Translations under genes and position numbers: made by a program | Origin: Promethearchaeota archaeon | Lineage (GTDB): Archaea; Asgardarchaeota; Lokiarchaeia; Sigyniarchaeales; SOKP01 | Direction of reading: 5' to 3' | Assembly: GCA_048940925.1 (NCBI GenBank) | Contig: JBHLOC010000002.1 | Coordinates: 160,001-224,000 of the forward strand | Length of the DNA: 64,000 nucleotides | Shown: piece after piece, positions 11,779 to 21,185 of the stretch | Position numbering within the stretch: the stretch's first letter is position 1 | How the letters are laid out: each line of letters starts with the position of its first letter | Notes under the pieces: model-generated | The model's input: only the letters and a program-made list of their open reading frames with translations | What the model was told of the DNA's origin: nothing | The model's database searches: none

Positions 11779-12037
11779 AATCTTATTATCCCTTATCAAA
11801 ATTAAAATAATATTAATATAGTAATTAGTGACTTTATATCTATTTCTCTCTAATTGAAAGGCATTTTAAATTTGATTTTTAATCTATAATTTCTTTTTCT
11901 TTAATTCTTCTTTTAAAATCAGAATAATAATTTCTTTAAAATAAAAATAAATATTATTATAACATGAAATTCAAATAATATCATTTGAAAGATCCTGACA
12001 TATAGGCTAAATATAAAGAGAACATTTGCTTTTAAAA

Positions 12038-13414
12038 ATGAATAATAGTTATGATTTAAAAAGAAAGAAGAATTTTCTTTCAATACTTTTTCTTTATTTT
12101 ATGATTTATTTTTGTACAGGAATTATACCTGTAAATATAGGTAATTTATTACTATATCTCCCCGAAACTACAGAAATTGGAATTGGTGTAACGATCGCTA
12201 TGAATTTTATAGTTGGTATTATTAGTATACTGATATTCGGATACTATGGAGAAAGAATAGCTGAAAAATTTTCGAGGAAAAAAGTTTTTGCTTATATTAA
12301 TCTTGTCTGGATTATTTCATTTGGATTAACCTCTTTATCATTAAATTTCTTCTTTTATTTATTTTTTATAACAATTAGTGCTATTGGTACAGGAGCATTT
12401 TTACCACTGGGGTTTGCTATGATAGGAGATTTTTATCCTCCAAATGAAAGAGGTAAAAAGTTTGGTGGAATGCAGTTTGGTATGATATTAGGGAACGGAA
12501 TGGGAATTATATTTGGAGGTTTATTAGGAACTTACGCAGGACCATTAGGATGGAGAATTTCTTATGGTTTAGGATTCGTATTAGGACTTTTAGTCTTACT
12601 ATTTTATGTATTTATTAGTATAGAACCAGAAAAAGGGCGAACTGAGCCAGAATTCGAAAGTTTTAAAGGTGAAATCGAATATAATTATAAAATTACTTTT
12701 AATAATCTTAAACAACTATTTAAGACAAAAACCATATTAGGTATTTTAATTTCAGTTCTTTTTGCAGGTATTGCCAATGCTACACTTGGAATTTGGGCGA
12801 TTTATTATTTGAGTTCTAAAATTAATGGTTCTGATGCTGAGTTAATAGCTACCACTCTTTATATTTTATCTGGCAGTGGAGCCCTCCCAGGATCAATTAT
12901 TGGAGGAAAATTAGGAGATTCCTATTTTAATAAAGGAAAAATCAATGGTCGAGTAATTGTCTCTTTTTTAGGTCAAATTATTGGAGTTTCATTATTAATG
13001 GCTTTCTATTTAATTCCTTTTTTGGTAGCAACTCTCTTGGAAGTAGTATTTTCCTGGATATTCTTCTTAATATTGGGCTATCTCGGATTCTTTTTTGGAT
13101 CTTTCTCAATGAGTAACCAATTTGCGATTTATGCTGATGTGTGCCCCCCTGAAGTAAGGAGTACTGCTAATGCTATGAATGGTTTAATGGTAAATATTGG
13201 GGGGATTTTTGGTAATTTATTATTATCTTCTTTGATCGAAAAGAATATGTCCTTATTACCACTCGCTATTTCCTTAGTTTTATTTTTTTACTTATTTGGA
13301 AGCTTCTTTTGGTTATTGACTTATTTCTATTATCAAAAAGAATCTAAGGAATGTAGAGAGTTGTTATCAAAAAGAAGAAAAGAATTAGATAGGAGAGATA
13401 AATCTTATAGTTAA
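12038..13414 (+). CDS. MFS transporter
   Basis: About 12 hydrophobic segments, motif-A-like loops, DFYPPNERG, PPEVRSTA. An upstream TTG at 12026 is an alternative start. Confidence 0.9.
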   Translation: MNNSYDLKRKKNFLSILFLYFMIYFCTGIIPVNIGNLLLYLPETTEIGIGVTIAMNFIVGIISILIFGYYGERIAEKFSRKKVFAYINLVWIISFGLTSLSLNFFFYLFFITISAIGTGAFLPLGFAMIGDFYPPNERGKKFGGMQFGMILGNGMGIIFGGLLGTYAGPLGWRISYGLGFVLGLLVLLFYVFISIEPEKGRTEPEFESFKGEIEYNYKITFNNLKQLFKTKTILGILISVLFAGIANATLGIWAIYYLSSKINGSDAELIATTLYILSGSGALPGSIIGGKLGDSYFNKGKINGRVIVSFLGQIIGVSLLMAFYLIPFLVATLLEVVFSWIFFLILGYLGFFFGSFSMSNQFAIYADVCPPEVRSTANAMNGLMVNIGGIFGNLLLSSLIEKNMSLLPLAISLVLFFYLFGSFFWLLTYFYYQKESKECRELLSKRRKELDRRDKSYS

Positions 13415-13547
13415 CAGGAGATTTCCATTTTACACACCAAGAAATAGAATTTTACTACTTACGTACATTTTTTATAGTTAAATTTTAAGAATAAAGATTA
13501 TTTAATTAATTTGAAAAACGAATAATTAGTTTGTTTAAAATTAATTC

Positions 13548-14606
13548 TTGGAATGGTTTCAAGTGGCAGACGTATTTAACAATACCTCAGTGGAAAAAAA
13601 CCCTAATGAAGATTTATGTGTTGTTTATGTCTTATATTTTGATGAGAAAAAGGGACAAATTCCACTGCTAATGTATCCTGATGATAGACTCAGAAGTAAT
13701 AAGAAATACATGCGTCCAATCCATTATCATCCTGTTTGGTTTTTAGAAACTGATGAATTAGACCATATTGATTTAGAATATCAAGGTTATACCTTTTTTG
13801 GTAAGAAATTCTTAGCAAAATCAGAAAGAGAAAAACGAAGGGCAGGACTTAAAGAAGAGACTCCTGAAACGATAGTACTTATAGTATCTTTACCTAATGA
13901 GATAGATATTTTTGGTGATGATTTAATACGTATTCTAACTAATAATATTCGGGCTAAATTTGAGGATCAATTATCTGAAGTTATTGAAAGCGAAATTGCA
14001 TCTGAAACTGTTATTAAAACACCCAAAATCCAAGAATTAATATCTGAAGGTAAGAAAGTAAAAATGTTTTTGAGAGAATTAATTGATAGTACAATTAAAG
14101 ATTACTTTTCAAAAGTTTTAGAAAAAAAAACAGACACTCCTTCTCTAAGAGTACAAAAAGCTATCTCTTACTTTTCTATGAAAGGATTTGAGTTTTCTCC
14201 TCTAAGTAGCCTTAAAGGGGACAATTCTTTTTCTAATGTAGATTTATTTGATCCTAAAAAACAGGCTGTTCTCGATCTTTCTACGACAAATCCAATATCA
14301 GTTAAAAATATTTATTTTATTGAAAACAGCCAAGAAATTGAAATAACCGTCCAAAATAATAAAGATGAGGAATTAAACAATATTTCTATTACGATTACAC
14401 ATGTTAAAGAATTTTTTGAGAAAGAAATAATGACTCAACATGTTGATTTTTGGTTTCCTCATGAGGAACTTTTATTTGTCTCCCCCATTGTCCCTCATAT
14501 TGATGAATATTTATTCTCTATTCGCCAATTAGATAATGATGGAAATGGAGAAAAAATTCTTACCCAAAGAATTGATTTAAAATTAATAGAAAAAATAACA
14601 AGTTAA
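13548..14606 (+). CDS. Hypothetical protein with N-terminal longin/uDENN-like domain and C-terminal beta-sandwich
   Basis: N-terminal YFDEKKGQIPLLMYP resembles the FDxxxG..YP start of longin/uDENN domains. C-terminal IEITVQNNKDEELNNISITIT is Ig-like. Confidence 0.55.
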   Translation: MEWFQVADVFNNTSVEKNPNEDLCVVYVLYFDEKKGQIPLLMYPDDRLRSNKKYMRPIHYHPVWFLETDELDHIDLEYQGYTFFGKKFLAKSEREKRRAGLKEETPETIVLIVSLPNEIDIFGDDLIRILTNNIRAKFEDQLSEVIESEIASETVIKTPKIQELISEGKKVKMFLRELIDSTIKDYFSKVLEKKTDTPSLRVQKAISYFSMKGFEFSPLSSLKGDNSFSNVDLFDPKKQAVLDLSTTNPISVKNIYFIENSQEIEITVQNNKDEELNNISITITHVKEFFEKEIMTQHVDFWFPHEELLFVSPIVPHIDEYLFSIRQLDNDGNGEKILTQRIDLKLIEKITS

Positions 14607-14619
14607 TCGTGTTATAAAA

Positions 14620-15096
14620 ATGTCAGAGGTTGAAATTAAACAAGAAGAGATTGTTATTAGAAATTATCGTACTTCAGATTATCATGCTACTTTAGAAATC
14701 TTAAAGGAGTTGAATGAATATTATGATATTGGCTTTAATGAAGCTCAATGGAGAGAGTCTTCTGGACTACGACAGTTTAAACCTAATTTAAAAAGAATAA
14801 CCTTAATCGCAGAATTAAAATCCACAGGTCAAGTCGTAAGTATGGGAATGATTGAAGCTGTAAAAAATACACTTGGACGATATATTGGGTATCTCGATAA
14901 TTGGGCTACTAAAAAAGAATTTATTGGTAAAGGTGTAGGTAAACTTCTCGCGGATAAAGCTACTCAAATTTTAGAGTCATGGGGCTGCGATTCCCTTCGA
15001 ATAAATCTTGCGTATAAAACAGATAAAAAATTACTTGATGTCTTTGCTAAAGCAGATTTCCACCCAATTATAATTGTTCTTGAAAAAAGATTTTAA
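14620..15096 (+). CDS. GNAT family N-acetyltransferase
   Basis: IRNYRTSD start and acetyl-CoA loop FIGKGVGKLL; 13 nt after the longin-like gene. Confidence 0.8.
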   Translation: MSEVEIKQEEIVIRNYRTSDYHATLEILKELNEYYDIGFNEAQWRESSGLRQFKPNLKRITLIAELKSTGQVVSMGMIEAVKNTLGRYIGYLDNWATKKEFIGKGVGKLLADKATQILESWGCDSLRINLAYKTDKKLLDVFAKADFHPIIIVLEKRF

Positions 15097-15129
15097 CTTT
15101 TAAAAACTTTTTTTTGTAAAAACTGTTTC

Positions 15130-15152
15130 TTTTCGTTCGTTAGGAACGAAAA
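15130..15152 (+). terminator. Hairpin downstream of GNAT gene
   Basis: TTTTCGTTC-gttag-GAACGAAAA, 9-bp stem, after T-tracts. Confidence 0.45.
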
Positions 15153-15247
15153 AGTATCAAACTAAATATTCATTTATAAATTTAAATTATTATTTATTTC
15201 AAAAAAAAACAATATCTAATAATTTTAATTCTTACAGGGTGATTTAA

Positions 15248-15802
15248 ATAAATATTAAAGGTATAGCTTTTATGCAAGTAAGAGATGCCCATATTTCAGT
15301 TTTTGGAGAAGAACGTTGGAATAATTTCTTTCAGCGGTTCAATAAGCATTATACTACGTTTCCAAATGATCCTTTATCATCAACTAGGATTCCTATAGAT
15401 ATATATCTTTCATTTATAGATGAATTGACCCAAGAATTCTATAATGGCAATCAGAGAATATATTGGGGATTTGGGGAACAAGGCGCTCAAACTGCCTTGA
15501 GTGAGGATGGTCACCTTAATATATTTGTTAGAGTTAAAAGAAGCCCTGAAAATTTTATCAAATATGTTCTAGCTCGGATCTGGACCAACTATTTTGATAT
15601 GGGAAGAGAAGAATTTAAACTTGAAGGAAATATTTTACATGCGCGGATTTTAGATCTACCAAAATATCACCCCTATTTTGAATTAACGACCATGGGTTAT
15701 ATAAAAAAAGCTTTAGAATTAATTGGACTTACAGTTGAGAAAACTACAAAAATAAAAAGCTCAGCAAAAGAAATTTATTATCAATTTATTTTAAATTTAT
15801 AA
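15248..15802 (+). CDS. Hypothetical protein, DUF2378/V4R-like (ATA start)
   Basis: (M)NIKGIAFMQ after GGGTGA; GEQGA..IWTNYFDMG..GYIKKALELIG pattern. Confidence 0.6.
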   Translation: MNIKGIAFMQVRDAHISVFGEERWNNFFQRFNKHYTTFPNDPLSSTRIPIDIYLSFIDELTQEFYNGNQRIYWGFGEQGAQTALSEDGHLNIFVRVKRSPENFIKYVLARIWTNYFDMGREEFKLEGNILHARILDLPKYHPYFELTTMGYIKKALELIGLTVEKTTKIKSSAKEIYYQFILNL

Positions 15803-16209
15803 AAGGGCATAATAAATAAAATATTTATTATTATCTTTAGAAAAAGGCTAATTATTTTGTAAGATATGAACTTTTCTCCTTTTTAAACGCAATTATTAAA
15901 TACATTAATGATACTAGGGACAAAATCGCAATACTTCCTGAGTAAATAAATTAACGATAGTAATGATTTACATTAACTAAATGAAAATATGAAAAAGACA
16001 ATATTCATATATTTCTTTAAGATTTGGTGCTAGAATTAAGATAGTACTTTTCTTGATGTGTAATAGCCCATTTTGTGCTATGTGTTCTAGTAATTCTATA
16101 ACTTTCCAATTGATTCGAAGTTCTTATAGAATTCAATAGTAAAAACTATATATGGAATTGTGGGTATATTAAAATTAAAAACAAACAAAAAAAAAGAGTG
16201 ATAAAAAAA

Positions 16210-16398
16210 ATGGAAAGAAAAAATAGGACAGATATGAAATATTACGATTATTTATTTACTGTTCAGCAAATTGCTCAAAAATCACATGCAATTCAGAAAA
16301 AAGTCATAACTCAAGTGTTTGCGAATTTTGATGCTTGCCAAGTGCTAAGCAAATTAAATCGGCAAATTGAGCATCTTGATGGATTACTATCTAAATAA
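16210..16398 (+). CDS. Small helical hypothetical protein (62 aa)
   Basis: ATG 8 nt after GAGTGA; BRE/TATA-like AAAAACTATATAT at about 16141. Confidence 0.5.
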   Translation: MERKNRTDMKYYDYLFTVQQIAQKSHAIQKKVITQVFANFDACQVLSKLNRQIEHLDGLLSK

Positions 16399-16440
16399 AA
16401 AAAATATTAAAAATTACAAAGTGGAGGTGAAAAGATAATT

Positions 16441-16491
16441 ATGTTCAGCTTATTGACACTTGTCTTAATAATGATCGCCGCAGTTTTCTAG
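16441..16491 (+). CDS. 16-aa hydrophobic micropeptide MFSLLTLVLIMIAAVF
   Basis: Strong SD GGAGGTGA at 16423-16430, ATG 16441, TAG 16489-16491, followed by a hairpin and T-tracts. Confidence 0.55.
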   Translation: MFSLLTLVLIMIAAVF

Positions 16492-16506
16492 AAATACTGC
16501 AATTAA

Positions 16507-16529
16507 CTCCTAGTGATTATTACTAGGAG
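16507..16529 (+). terminator. Stem-loop after the micropeptide
   Basis: CTCCTAGTGA-tta-TTACTAGGAG, 10-bp stem with one G-U pair; long T-runs downstream. Confidence 0.55.
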
Positions 16530-16667
16530 ATCTTAATTACTCTATTTAATTTTTAAATTTTTTTATTTTTTTCTTTAATTTGCTCTCTTACATTACAGCA
16601 GAGCTACTGAGGAATAAATACTTTTCTAATTATTAAAACTACTCGTTATAAATTTTTAAAAGGACAA

Positions 16668-16692
16668 AATCCATTATTAATAATAATGGATT
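16668..16692. promoter_or_regulatory. Perfect 12-bp inverted repeat, candidate operator
   Basis: AATCCATTATTA-a-TAATAATGGATT, between a TTATAAA box (about 16647) and ATG 16748. Confidence 0.55.
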
Positions 16693-16747
16693 ATGAAGTT
16701 ATTCTAATAAAAAGTGTGTAAAATTAAAATAAATTCTGTTTTTTAAT

Positions 16748-17359
16748 ATGATTACTAAAATATCATTGATTTTTTTTTGGATGATTATGATTATCGTTGT
16801 AATACATATATTCTATAGAAAATTTTCATATAAAATTGAAAGAGCAGTTGATTTTCCTGAGATTCATCATTGGATTTATCCATTAATAATAATTTGCATT
16901 TTAGGATATATCTATATATGCTTTTTGACAATAAGTTATATTTTTAATCCTAATTTTGCATTTAATCTTTTTTTACCAATAAAAATTCTAAATTTAGACC
17001 TTATAAAATATATAGGAGATATTTTTGTTATAATTGGGACTATTTTATTTCTAATAGCGTATTTTAATCTAAATTCATTAACAGATTTAGCAAATAAATC
17101 CGACTCAAGTGAATTAAAAACAACAGGAATATATGCAATATCCAGAAATCCTATTTATCTCGGATTGCATATTATAACATTCGGATTTAGTTTAATAATT
17201 CCAACATGGATAACATTCATATGTATTATCATATTCATTATTAATTTTCATTATAGAATTAAACTAGAAGAAAAAGAATTAGAAGAAATATTTGGAAAGG
17301 CTTATATTGCTTATAAAAGAAAAGTGTTAAGATATATTGGTCGAAGGATTAGAAGTTAA
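16748..17359 (+). CDS. Isoprenylcysteine carboxyl methyltransferase / PEMT family membrane protein
   Basis: LKTTGIYAISRNPIYLG, RIKLEEKEL..FGKAYIAYKRKV. Confidence 0.85.
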   Translation: MITKISLIFFWMIMIIVVIHIFYRKFSYKIERAVDFPEIHHWIYPLIIICILGYIYICFLTISYIFNPNFAFNLFLPIKILNLDLIKYIGDIFVIIGTILFLIAYFNLNSLTDLANKSDSSELKTTGIYAISRNPIYLGLHIITFGFSLIIPTWITFICIIIFIINFHYRIKLEEKELEEIFGKAYIAYKRKVLRYIGRRIRS

Positions 17360-17498
17360 ATTTTAATTTTAGCTTAAAATGATATCTATATTTGTACTTA
17401 TGATAATTAAAATAAAAATCAAATGGAAACTGAAATATGATTCAAAATAAAAAAAAATTTGAAGAATAGTTTATAATCAACTATTCCTCCATTATGAG

Positions 17499-18869
17499 TT
17501 ATATTTTTTCAAATCGTGCTTGAAAAAATCTCAAATATTCTGGTTCGTATATCATCCTTAGACCGCGTATCATGTCTTTCTTTTCATAAAGTCGAATCAC
17601 TGACTCCGCTGTATATTCCATATGGGTGTTTGTGTAAACTCTTCGGGGAATTGTGAGTCTAACGAGTTCTAATTTAGGAAATATATTTTCACCAGTGTCT
17701 TTATCTCTTCCTTTAGAAATAGCTCCACGTTCCATGCTTCTTACACCTGAATCCTCATAAATTGCTGCGGCTAACGTTTGTGCGGGCCACTGTTCTCTCT
17801 CAAGATGAGATAAAAATTTTAAAGCATTCAGAAAGACCGCATGTCCACCTATTGGTTTTACAATAGGTACTCCTGCGTTCATTAATAATTTGCCTAAATA
17901 ACGAACCTGATTTATCCTGTATTTTAAATATTCATAAGATGTACTTTCTTTTAATCCCCTCGCTACAGCCTCCATATCTCGACCAGCCATACCTCCATAA
18001 GTATGTAATCCTTCATACACAACAACCATGTTACGGCAATGTTCAAATATATCCTTATCTTTTGTAGCAAGAAAACCACCAATGTTGACGAGACAATCCT
18101 TCTTTGCAGAATAAATACATCCATCAGAATAACTCATCATCTCTCTAAGAATATCAACAATCGGTGTATTCTCATAACCTTTTTCACGCTCCCGAATGAA
18201 ATATGCATTTTCACTTGATCTCGTGGCATCATATATAATTTTCAATTTATAATCATCACAAAATTGCCGTAATTCACGGAGGTTTTGCATAGATACAGGC
18301 TGCCCCCCTGCCATATTTACATCCATTTCCACATTTACAAAAGCAATTTTTTCTACTCCAAATTCATCAATAAATGCTTGTAATTTTTTGAAATCTACAT
18401 TACCCTTAAAAGGATGTAAATTATCTGGATCATGAGCGTCATCAATGATGACATCAACCATTTTTCCACCAGGAAGTTCAACATGGAGTCTTGAGGTAGT
18501 AAAATACATATTTCGTGGTACAAGTTGCCCTGGTTTTACGAGATAGCTATACATAAGATGCTCTGCACCACGACCTTGATGAGTTGGAACGATATACTTA
18601 TATCCAAGTACATCTTGTATTGCCTTTTCAAGATTATAGAAATTTCTGGCTCCTGCATAGGCTTCATCACCTAAAAGAAGACCACTCCATTGATAATCTG
18701 ACATAGCTGAAGTACCTGAATCAGTTAAAAGATCAATGTAAACATCCTCAGATTTTAATAGAAATGTATTGTATCCAGCTTCCCTAATTGCTTCACTTCT
18801 TCTTTTTTGATCGGGCATACCCACATGTTCGATCATTTTGATTTTAAAAGGTTCGGGGGGTCCGTTCAT
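17499..18869 (-). CDS. tpl: Tyrosine phenol-lyase / tryptophanase family PLP enzyme (TPL-like)
   Basis: DLLTDSGT, GDEAYAG, THQGRGAE, SAKKD. NMYFTT, SMERG and RFF match TPL rather than TnaA signatures. Confidence 0.85.
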   Translation of the reverse strand: MNGPPEPFKIKMIEHVGMPDQKRRSEAIREAGYNTFLLKSEDVYIDLLTDSGTSAMSDYQWSGLLLGDEAYAGARNFYNLEKAIQDVLGYKYIVPTHQGRGAEHLMYSYLVKPGQLVPRNMYFTTSRLHVELPGGKMVDVIIDDAHDPDNLHPFKGNVDFKKLQAFIDEFGVEKIAFVNVEMDVNMAGGQPVSMQNLRELRQFCDDYKLKIIYDATRSSENAYFIREREKGYENTPIVDILREMMSYSDGCIYSAKKDCLVNIGGFLATKDKDIFEHCRNMVVVYEGLHTYGGMAGRDMEAVARGLKESTSYEYLKYRINQVRYLGKLLMNAGVPIVKPIGGHAVFLNALKFLSHLEREQWPAQTLAAAIYEDSGVRSMERGAISKGRDKDTGENIFPKLELVRLTIPRRVYTNTHMEYTAESVIRLYEKKDMIRGLRMIYEPEYLRFFQARFEKI

Positions 18870-19060
18870 TTAAATCATCTTTTATTATACTTATTTTAAT
18901 AGATTAATTAAGAGGAGTAATTTGAAAAAGATTTCGTAGATATCCTCCCATACTATTCCCATTAATTAAGAACTCTCTTTCAAAGTCTTAGAATTGCATG
19001 ATACATGAATTTTCTTGAAAGAGATTCTTTGTTTATAAAGTTTTATTTTAAAGAATGAAT

Positions 19061-19900
19061 TTAGAGGTTAATAGTCATCTCTTCATCGAATTTAGGTATT
19101 ATTACTTGTATTTTAGGATATTTTGATTCCATTAATTTCAGAAGGGGTTCTAAGTTCTCTGTTCTACTAATCGGAGGAAAGAAGTTATCCCAATGATAAG
19201 GGATCATAATATTTGGTTGTAATATTTTTATAATTTTTTCGGTTTTTTTAATCATATGTCTATGAGAATTTCCTGCATATGGAACCAGAAATACATCACA
19301 TGGTTGAAACTTTTGGAGTTCTTCCACATATTTATGCCATAAACTCCCAAAAGATATAATTTTGATATTAATAAAGTATGTACAAAATCCAAAGACCTCT
19401 CCTTTGGGAAACCCTTTGCCATATGATAAGATAGATCTAGATTCTTTTAGAAATTGCCAAGAAAAGACTCGAGAGAAAATCGTTTTAAAATCAAATTTTA
19501 TATGTTCGGATTTAATTAGTTCAACAGTTATACCCTCTGAAATTTTGATTTTATCATGAAAATTACAGATCTTAATGTTGTTTTTTGCTCTTTCTGAAAG
19601 ATTTTCATTATGATTTTTGATAATCTTCCCTTCCGCCCAATTAATAATATTATTTTTTGCAGCTTCAGAGCAAAATACAGGAATATCTAAATTTTCTGAA
19701 AACCAACCCGCATCACAAGCATGATCAAAATGACCATGGGAGATGAAAATTCCAGATACATCACTGATATCTTCTTTCCGAGTTTTTAATTGAGGAGTTG
19801 CCCTTTCATTTCGTGAAAAAAAAGGATCGAATAATAGTTTAACACCATTTAATGATAAGATATAGGAGGCAGTTCCTAACCAAGTGATTTTTATTGTCAT
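19061..19900 (-). CDS. MBL-fold metallo-hydrolase
   Basis: WLGTAS, LFDPF, SHGHFDH, IPYHWD. Confidence 0.88.
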   Translation of the reverse strand: MTIKITWLGTASYILSLNGVKLLFDPFFSRNERATPQLKTRKEDISDVSGIFISHGHFDHACDAGWFSENLDIPVFCSEAAKNNIINWAEGKIIKNHNENLSERAKNNIKICNFHDKIKISEGITVELIKSEHIKFDFKTIFSRVFSWQFLKESRSILSYGKGFPKGEVFGFCTYFINIKIISFGSLWHKYVEELQKFQPCDVFLVPYAGNSHRHMIKKTEKIIKILQPNIMIPYHWDNFFPPISRTENLEPLLKLMESKYPKIQVIIPKFDEEMTINL

Positions 19901-20021
19901 TAATGTAAATTATTAAGTAAATTTAACTAATCTTTTCATTTGATAAATAAAAATATATTATATAATTTTTTATTACTAATTTAAATTACACCTCAACCAA
20001 TTTTAAAAAAAGTAAATAGAA

Positions 20022-21173
20022 ATGATATCTCAATCTATAGCGTTAAAGGAATTCCAATTTCTATTTTATTTAATTCCAGTGACAATTGGTATCGAATTGG
20101 TTATTTATTTTTATTATCAATATTTTAAAATAAGAGATGTCAAATTAAAATTAAATAGAGTGCTATTGGCATTCGGAACATTTATTTTATTTATTGTAAT
20201 AGGTCCACTGTGGATTCAAATTTCAAGAAATTTTTTAATTGAAGGGTCCCTAACATATGAGGTAATCTCCCGAATAGGATGGGCATTTGCTTTCTTTTCA
20301 ACAATAGGATTCTCTTTATTTATTATAAAGAAGGAATTTTCTCAAATAATCAATATCAATGTGGTTAAATTCTTAATAATTCTTAATCTTATTCCCCTTA
20401 CTGTATTAATATTTACACCATCCACAAGAGCTCCTATCTTCCTAATTAGCATTATATTTGTAGTATTAAATGGTTTAAACGTAATAAGATTTCAAATAGT
20501 ATTAATAAGCAAATCAGTTGGAAAAATCAAACGGAAATTCCTTTATTTCCTTTTGGGGGCATTAGTAAGTTTTCCTGCTTTAGGTTTTGCAATTTTAGTA
20601 GGTATTGGAATTTTACCCCCTATTATCAATGAAATTGTTTATTTTACGGGAGTTGCAATTCTTTTACTAGGATTTATAATTATCGCTTTCTCAGTTTATG
20701 AGTTTCCCCCTTTTTATGAATTTGAATGGAGAGAAAACTTACTTAAACTATTTATTATTAATCAAAGAACTGTAGAATATATTTATTATTATGATTTTAC
20801 TAATGAAAATAAAGTAATTGATTCAAATGAAAATTCATTTCAAGAAGCGAGGACTAAACTTTACTCTGGTGGAATTCTAGGTGTCGAGCGTGTTATTACT
20901 ATAATTACTAACACGAAAGAAGAAAGGATTAATAAAATCAAACAAGAAGATTCAGTTATATTATTAAATTATAGCTCTGTAATACCTTACCTAACGTATG
21001 CATTAATAATTAGAAAAGACTTATTAAGTTTAGGACACTTTCTTGATTCTATAAAACGGCAATTTGAAGCATTTTACAGAGAAATCCTTTTGAATTTAGA
21101 GAATTTAGAAGGTGATCAAAAATTACTGTTTAAGAGTTTTGATTTAATAATAAAAGGTATTTTAACACAATAA
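20022..21173 (+). CDS. Polytopic (about 7 TM) membrane protein with C-terminal longin/roadblock-like cytosolic domain
   Basis: Hydrophobic N-terminal half, PPFYEFEW linker, then LFII..LYSGGI..KIKQ..FEAFY. Confidence 0.6.
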   Translation: MISQSIALKEFQFLFYLIPVTIGIELVIYFYYQYFKIRDVKLKLNRVLLAFGTFILFIVIGPLWIQISRNFLIEGSLTYEVISRIGWAFAFFSTIGFSLFIIKKEFSQIININVVKFLIILNLIPLTVLIFTPSTRAPIFLISIIFVVLNGLNVIRFQIVLISKSVGKIKRKFLYFLLGALVSFPALGFAILVGIGILPPIINEIVYFTGVAILLLGFIIIAFSVYEFPPFYEFEWRENLLKLFIINQRTVEYIYYYDFTNENKVIDSNENSFQEARTKLYSGGILGVERVITIITNTKEERINKIKQEDSVILLNYSSVIPYLTYALIIRKDLLSLGHFLDSIKRQFEAFYREILLNLENLEGDQKLLFKSFDLIIKGILTQ

Positions 21174-21185
21174 GAGGTTATTCTA

